From NCBI GenBank assembly GCA_037969075.1, contig JBBKWS010000118.1, forward strand, positions 1-12,178: a stretch of DNA of 12,178 nucleotides. The letters are read 5' to 3'. Position 1 is the first letter of the stretch, and each line of letters begins with the position of its first letter. The translations under genes and the position numbers were made by a program. The DNA is from Bdellovibrionales bacterium (lineage in GTDB: Bacteria > Bdellovibrionota > Bdellovibrionia > Bdellovibrionales > UBA840). The notes beneath the pieces were generated by a model. That model was not told where the DNA came from. It worked only from the letters and a program-made list of their open reading frames with translations, and did no database searches. This document shows, in pieces, positions 7,508 through 12,178 of this stretch.

Positions 7508-8276
7508 ATCTTTTTCCTTGGGAACGAAACTCAGCGGCAGCTTTAGAGCTTGGGAATGGATATAACTTCTCATTATTGTTTTTTTCTATGAGTGCTAAGT
7601 TCTTATCTCTGATAGCTATAATGGCTTGTATTACTAACTTATAGCCAATATTCATAGATTTGTAATACATCGTGTGTAATGTATCCTCTGAGTTAATCGG
7701 ATACTCTTCTTGGACAATGATCTTCCCGGTATCTATGCATTCATCCATCAAGTGTACAGTAACACCAGTAGTCTTTTTTCCTTCGTGCATCGCCCAGAAC
7801 AGGGGTTGTCGACCTTTAAATTTAGGTAAAAGGCTGGTGTGATAGTTTATGGGCCATGGGCATATTTTTAAAACTGTATCGCCAATTTTTTGTGGGCAAG
7901 CTATTGAAAGCAATATATCCGGCTTTAAAGACTCTAGCAACTCAATAGATTTGGGACTGTTGATATTCAAAATATTTATAAATGACAGCTTATATTTGGA
8001 TTTTAAATTATCTAAACTCTTTACTTGTTTAGTGAGCAGAAAAGCATAAGAAAGTACTTTAACCGTAAGTATGTATAAACTCATTTTTACAAACTGCAAA
8101 GCTCCATAGTATTTATATCGAGCTATAACCTCACTTCGGAGACTTTTATTTTTCATACCAGATAAAAATAAAAATGTAGGTGTATCAAATCCATTTGCAT
8201 TTAGTTCAGAAAGCAAGTTATCTAAGAAATAATGCAAATAAATCGGAGTTTTTTGGCTAACAATTACTATTTTCAT
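7500..8276 (-). CDS. N10-formyl-THF-dependent formyltransferase (Fmt/ArnA N-terminal family), probably acting on a sugar amine
   Basis: INYHTSLLPKFKGRQP (NxHxSLLPxxxG), TGVTVHLMDECIDTGKII and KPDILLSI. It lacks the C-terminal OB domain of true Fmt. Start is ATG 8276 or 8285, overlapping the upstream gene end. Confidence 0.92.
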   Translation of the reverse strand: MKIVIVSQKTPIYLHYFLDNLLSELNANGFDTPTFLFLSGMKNKSLRSEVIARYKYYGALQFVKMSLYILTVKVLSYAFLLTKQVKSLDNLKSKYKLSFINILNINSPKSIELLESLKPDILLSIACPQKIGDTVLKICPWPINYHTSLLPKFKGRQPLFWAMHEGKKTTGVTVHLMDECIDTGKIIVQEEYPINSEDTLHTMYYKSMNIGYKLVIQAIIAIRDKNLALIEKNNNEKLYPFPSSKAAAEFRSQGKRFI

Positions 8277-9078
8277 TTTTCTCATATTCCTGATACAAAT
8301 CACTAATAGATACCAATTTATAATTATTCTTTTTTAGATAATCGATAATTTGTTTAAAGTAATCAATGCTGCGATGGCTATTTCTACTCCATAGATATCT
8401 AAGGATCGCTGGAAGTTTGCTATGACTTTCAGTGTTTAAAATAAAGTCATGTAAGTGGGTGTCTATTACTAGTACATTAGGAGTGCCTAGTGTTTTTAAC
8501 AGAAAATTATAGATGTGATGGCCAACGAGTTTGTAATAACTCATAGAGAAAATCAGAGGTATTACTCGTATTGTTGACATGGGTATTTCGAGGAGGTTGT
8601 TTTTATGAAAATAAGGTTTGTTCGGCTTACCTAAATTATTGAACTTGCCTGGGCGGTATGAAGGGAAGACGCTAGAGCTAAATTTAAAGCCAGCTCGTTT
8701 AATTATATCTATATCTCCTGGGTATAAGACGCCCTGTGGAGCGCGGTACCCTAGAGGGGGAGAGCCTAAAACATCGGTGAGTTTTTCATAGCAGGTTTGT
8801 ATTTCGAATTCACTATCAAAGTTTTTTGTATCATGCGTATGTGAATGCCCATGCATATCAGTAAAAAGATTTTTACAAAGCTCTATCGAACCGGGATATT
8901 TCTCAAACATATCGGTTCTTATAAAACCGCTTAAAGGAATGTTTTCACTTTTTAAGAGTTCAATGAAAGATGCTACCTCGCCTTTATTTTCGGCGAGTAT
9001 GCCAAATCTATTTACACGGTCACCATAATCAAGTTCAAAATCTAGAGTGATGCAAGCTAATTTTTGTTTAGTTACCAC
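8257..9078 (-). CDS. Polysaccharide deacetylase / deformylase, CE4 (NodB fold), similar in motifs to the DUF3473/PEP-CTERM-locus type
   Basis: ITLDFE (motif 1), HGHSHTH (metal-binding motif 2), LGYRAP (motif 3), FSSS, LLEIPMS and HLHDF. No signal peptide, so probably cytoplasmic. Confidence 0.9.
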   Translation of the reverse strand: MVTKQKLACITLDFELDYGDRVNRFGILAENKGEVASFIELLKSENIPLSGFIRTDMFEKYPGSIELCKNLFTDMHGHSHTHDTKNFDSEFEIQTCYEKLTDVLGSPPLGYRAPQGVLYPGDIDIIKRAGFKFSSSVFPSYRPGKFNNLGKPNKPYFHKNNLLEIPMSTIRVIPLIFSMSYYKLVGHHIYNFLLKTLGTPNVLVIDTHLHDFILNTESHSKLPAILRYLWSRNSHRSIDYFKQIIDYLKKNNYKLVSISDLYQEYEKNENSNC

Positions 9079-10966
9079 GTTTCATATCCTTTATATTTTT
9101 AACCCATAATAGAAACATCAATATCGTGAAAAGTTCATGATGGAAATCTTTTTTTTGTGCCCTGTGATCTTCACACATTTTCTTTATCATTTTAATGTTT
9201 AGAAAGGCTTCGCATTCAGCTGAGTACATATTAAGGCAATCCATAAGAACGGAATACCAGCTCGTACGGAGGTACTTAGATAGTGGTATATTAAATCCAG
9301 CCTTTGGACGGTTAACGAATGATGGTTCAAACGATTGGTATAGAAATTCTTTCAGAGCATGCTTAGTTTCTTTTCCATTAAGCTTGTATTGTGACGGAAT
9401 TTTGTAGCTATAATTGATAAATTCTAAATCTAAAAAAGGCACCCTTATCTCTAACCCACTTCTCATGCCCATGCGATCAGCCTTTACCAGCATATCATTG
9501 GGAAGATAGTGTTTTAAATCCATATATAGCATTTGCTCGAGTTTAGGTAGATGTTTTACATCAGTCAGATGCCGAGCGTACATATTAATAGGGTCTGCGT
9601 TTTTAGTGCTTTGGTAAAAACTATCGCTATAAATTTCAGTTTTAAATTTCTCACTAAAAATAGTTCTCCAGTTACAGTGATCAAAAGGATAGGGTTTACC
9701 TGAGTACTTTAACCAACGATCGAGAATCTGAAATTTACTATACCTTTCTTCTTTCACAGGAATTAAAGATGTCGCTGGATTAAGAAATGAGGACAACCCC
9801 CTCATCACTGGACTTTTAAAATTTTCAGCTAAAAAGGTTGCAGAGTATGTTTTGTAACCCGCCAAGATCTCATCACTACCGTCGCCTGACAGAAATACTT
9901 TGCTATGTTTTTTCGATCCCTGGCAAAGAAGAAACATAGCTAATGAGGAAGGATCAGCTGTAGGCTCCATAAGATATGGTGAAAGCTCAATGGGTAGAGT
10001 ATCAAAATTTGCTTCACCACGAATTACCTCTAACTTCACATCTAATTTTTTAGCTACATGTTTTGCAAAAGGAAGCTCACTATATTTTTCATCGTCAAAA
10101 GCAAAGTGATAAAATTTCACATCGCTCTTTCCTAATAATTTTAAAGCTAAAGCTATAGCGGTTGAATCGGCACCACCTGACAAGAAGGCGCCTACTGGCA
10201 CATCAGAAACGAGCTGTCTTTCAACTGATGCCAATAACTGTCTTTGAAATTCTTTTTTATCATATGGAGTTTGTTTAAAATCAGTATCAGTGAAACTCCA
10301 TTTGTAAAAAACAATGTCAGTTTTCTGCTTACCCTTGAATATTAAGCATGAACCAGGTTCCACTTGTGACAGCCCGGAAATTCCGGTGTGCGGTGCTGGA
10401 GTGTAGTAGTAAGTAAAGTATGCATCGATAGCTGGTAAATCATAATCTATTGGTATACGATTGTTTTGTAAAAGTGTGCGGACCTCAGAGGCGAAAAAAA
10501 TATGTTCTTGGTCCTCAAAATAAAATAGGGGTTTAATGCCTACTGGATCGCGTGCCAAGAGTAACTCATCTGTGACAGAATTATAAATTCCTACGGCAAA
10601 CATACCATTTAGTTTTCCAAACGCATTCACACCCCATTTATGATATGCTTTAAGTAAAACCTCTGTATCACTATTTGTTTGAAACGAGTACCCTAGGGCT
10701 TGTAGTTCAAGTTTAAGGTTTGGGAAGTTATAAATTTCACCATTGTAGGTAATATGTATGTTATTAAATTGCATGGGCTGTTTAGCGGCATCTGATAAAT
10801 CAAGTATAGATAATCTGTTGTGTGTTAAGCCCGTATGTTTAAAATCTGTACTGCCACTGCCATCTGGGCCACGGTGTGAAAGATTTTGGTTATTTTTTTT
10901 GAGAAGTTGTTCGCTATTACTAAGGGGGCTGCGATTTTTAACATAAAATCCAGATATGCCACACAT
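9068..10966 (-). CDS. asnB: Asparagine synthase (glutamine-hydrolysing) family amidotransferase, probably a glycan amidotransferase (WbpS/LtsA-like)
   Basis: N-terminal MCGI (Ntn Cys), HRGPD, RLSILDL, QPM, NGEIYN, SDTEV, ARDPVGIKPL, FLSGGADS, SGDGSDE, KADRMGM, EIRVPFLD and RPKAGF. Confidence 0.96.
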   Translation of the reverse strand: MCGISGFYVKNRSPLSNSEQLLKKNNQNLSHRGPDGSGSTDFKHTGLTHNRLSILDLSDAAKQPMQFNNIHITYNGEIYNFPNLKLELQALGYSFQTNSDTEVLLKAYHKWGVNAFGKLNGMFAVGIYNSVTDELLLARDPVGIKPLFYFEDQEHIFFASEVRTLLQNNRIPIDYDLPAIDAYFTYYYTPAPHTGISGLSQVEPGSCLIFKGKQKTDIVFYKWSFTDTDFKQTPYDKKEFQRQLLASVERQLVSDVPVGAFLSGGADSTAIALALKLLGKSDVKFYHFAFDDEKYSELPFAKHVAKKLDVKLEVIRGEANFDTLPIELSPYLMEPTADPSSLAMFLLCQGSKKHSKVFLSGDGSDEILAGYKTYSATFLAENFKSPVMRGLSSFLNPATSLIPVKEERYSKFQILDRWLKYSGKPYPFDHCNWRTIFSEKFKTEIYSDSFYQSTKNADPINMYARHLTDVKHLPKLEQMLYMDLKHYLPNDMLVKADRMGMRSGLEIRVPFLDLEFINYSYKIPSQYKLNGKETKHALKEFLYQSFEPSFVNRPKAGFNIPLSKYLRTSWYSVLMDCLNMYSAECEAFLNIKMIKKMCEDHRAQKKDFHHELFTILMFLLWVKNIKDMKRGN

Positions 10967-11850
10967 TAGGTGTCATCCTCAAATCTCTCTTGTCTAAGCT
11001 CACTAAGTTGTGAGGATATAACACCCATAAAAAACATTAATAAGCCAGTAGTTATGGTTAGAGCTCCCAACGTAGGAAATCCATTTTTTAAAGTGAGTAA
11101 AATATAAAATGAATAAAAAACCCCTACAAATATTAAGAATAAAGCAGGAATAGCAAAAAATAGACTCGCATCAAACAAAATCATTATTTTAAAAATTAAT
11201 TTTAAAGTATTAAATCCATCACGTAATATGCTAACTGAAGATGTTCCTGTGCGTGGCCCAGTTCTCACTTTCGTATAGTTTAAAATATAACCGCGCTTAA
11301 TTATCAGCAGGGTAGACGTGGTTGAGGCAGAAAAGCCATTGGGCAATAAGTGTAAATATTTTTTTATTACCGATAATTTAAAGCATCGAAAGCCGCAGTT
11401 AAGGTCTGGTATCCTACGCCGCGCGACAATTTCGGAAATGAACTTTAATATAAACTTTCCCGGAGCGCGCAATAGAATAAAAGACTGTTTTAAACTTCTA
11501 GCACCAAAGTTTGCATCACAGCTGTTGTTATAAACAGGTTCAACAATGCTCTCAATGTCCTCAGAAAAGTGTTGCCCATCGGCATCATACCAAACTACAT
11601 ACTCAGTAGTGCTATTTTTCATGCCTGTTTTAAGGGAGGCGCCATATCCGCGGTTAATCTTATGTTCAATAACTTGTACTAAGCCAGTTAGAGTTTCAAG
11701 TGCCTTTGAAGTGCCGTCAGTCGATCCATCATTAATAACGATGATTTTTATGCTTGGTATTAATGATAATACGCCTCTGATGGTGTCTGTGATACCAGCC
11801 TCCTCATTGTAGGCGGGTATAATCAAAGTTACTTTCGAGTAATCGATCAT
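10966..11850 (-). CDS. GT2 glycosyltransferase, DPM1/GtrB/ArnC-like polyprenol-phosphate glycosyltransferase with two C-terminal TM helices
   Basis: IIPAYNEE, INDGSTD, NRGYGASLKTG, DADGQH, GAR, DLNCGFR and two C-terminal hydrophobic helices. AAAGGA RBS upstream. TAATG stop/start coupling with asnB at 10966. Confidence 0.93.
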   Translation of the reverse strand: MIDYSKVTLIIPAYNEEAGITDTIRGVLSLIPSIKIIVINDGSTDGTSKALETLTGLVQVIEHKINRGYGASLKTGMKNSTTEYVVWYDADGQHFSEDIESIVEPVYNNSCDANFGARSLKQSFILLRAPGKFILKFISEIVARRRIPDLNCGFRCFKLSVIKKYLHLLPNGFSASTTSTLLIIKRGYILNYTKVRTGPRTGTSSVSILRDGFNTLKLIFKIMILFDASLFFAIPALFLIFVGVFYSFYILLTLKNGFPTLGALTITTGLLMFFMGVISSQLSELRQERFEDDT

Positions 11851-11874
11851 GTAAATATGGTCCTTTAAAGCTGA

Positions 11875-11904
11875 ACACTACAACTTTTTTCTATAAATTG
11901 TCTA
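11875..11904 (-). promoter_or_regulatory. Possible sigma70 promoter for the GT2-asnB-deacetylase-formyltransferase operon
   Basis: On the minus strand: TAGACA (11904-11899), 18-nt spacer, TAGTGT (11880-11875). Confidence 0.3.
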
Positions 11905-11946
11905 TGGAATTTCGCCACTTTTGTAGGTAAATCTAAGACTTCTATA

Positions 11947-12000
11947 ATAGAAAATATAGCTAAAGACAGTAGATCTACTGTCTTGCTTCTAATTTTCTAT
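11947..12000. repeat. Inverted repeat: perfect 22-bp palindrome with imperfect outer arms
   Basis: AAGACAGTAGATCTACTGTCTT (11963-11984) is its own reverse complement. It is flanked by ATAGAAAAT (11947-11955) and ATTTTCTAT (11992-12000). Confidence 0.9.
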
Positions 12001-12178
12001 AGGTTTCATAAGGTTTAAACATGGTATCATTTACTTTCAATCCTGCAGCCGTACCGTTAGAATCCTGTACTCTTGGATCATTTAACAGTGATTGAAAGCT
12101 ATACATGTAAATGCCTTTACCATTTGGATCCTTAAATCTATTTTGCATAAAATAAACTAAGACAGTGTTGTAACCACC
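11975..12178 (-). CDS. 3' end of a hypothetical protein (partial, starts beyond the window)
   Basis: Open frame from the window edge: GGYNTVLVYFMQNRFKDPNGKGIYMYSFQSLLNDPRVQDSNGTAAGLKVNDTMFKPYETYRKLEARQ*, with TAG at 11977-11975. Not listed in the ORF track. Confidence 0.65.
   Translation of the reverse strand, partial: GGYNTVLVYFMQNRFKDPNGKGIYMYSFQSLLNDPRVQDSNGTAAGLKVNDTMFKPYETYRKLEARQ

Noticed and set aside
7500..8276. Calling the formyltransferase fmt or purN
   Set aside because: It lacks the Fmt C-terminal domain and the PurN N-terminal SGxGSN motif, and it sits in a glycan operon.
2349..11812. The remaining 60-88 aa ORFs antisense to the long genes
   Set aside because: All lie within or opposite well-supported CDSs and show no recognisable motifs.
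7500..11850. Assigning arnA/arnC/arnD gene names
   Set aside because: There is only family-level analogy. No ArnA dehydrogenase domain, ArnB or ArnEF is present, and an amidotransferase is present that Arn lacks.
1..12178. CRISPR array, IS element, prophage or anti-phage system
   Set aside because: No regularly spaced repeats and no transposase, nuclease or phage-like ORFs. The methyltransferases lack DNA MTase motifs such as DPPY/NPPY.

Overview
AT-rich bacterial genomic window in two parts. The first ~1.9 kb holds a TPR + C-terminal OmpR/PhoB-type winged-helix regulator, a probably co-transcribed secreted protein of unknown function, and a tRNA-Val(TAC). This regulator architecture is reminiscent of Bdellovibrionota/deltaproteobacteria, which I cannot verify here. 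The next ~10 kb is a cell-envelope glycan-modification cluster in three alternating blocks: (-) MBOAT O-acyltransferase plus SGNH-like partner; (+) GT-C-type membrane glycosyltransferase plus two SAM methyltransferases; (-) polyprenol-phosphate GT2, AsnB-like amidotransferase, CE4 deacetylase/deformylase and formyltransferase. The window ends in the 3' part of another minus-strand gene whose stop codon sits inside a perfect 22-bp palindrome. I see no integrase, transposase, CRISPR array or rRNA. The best leads are the Arn-like but differently equipped lipid-linked sugar pathway and the TPR-wHTH/secreted-protein pair.
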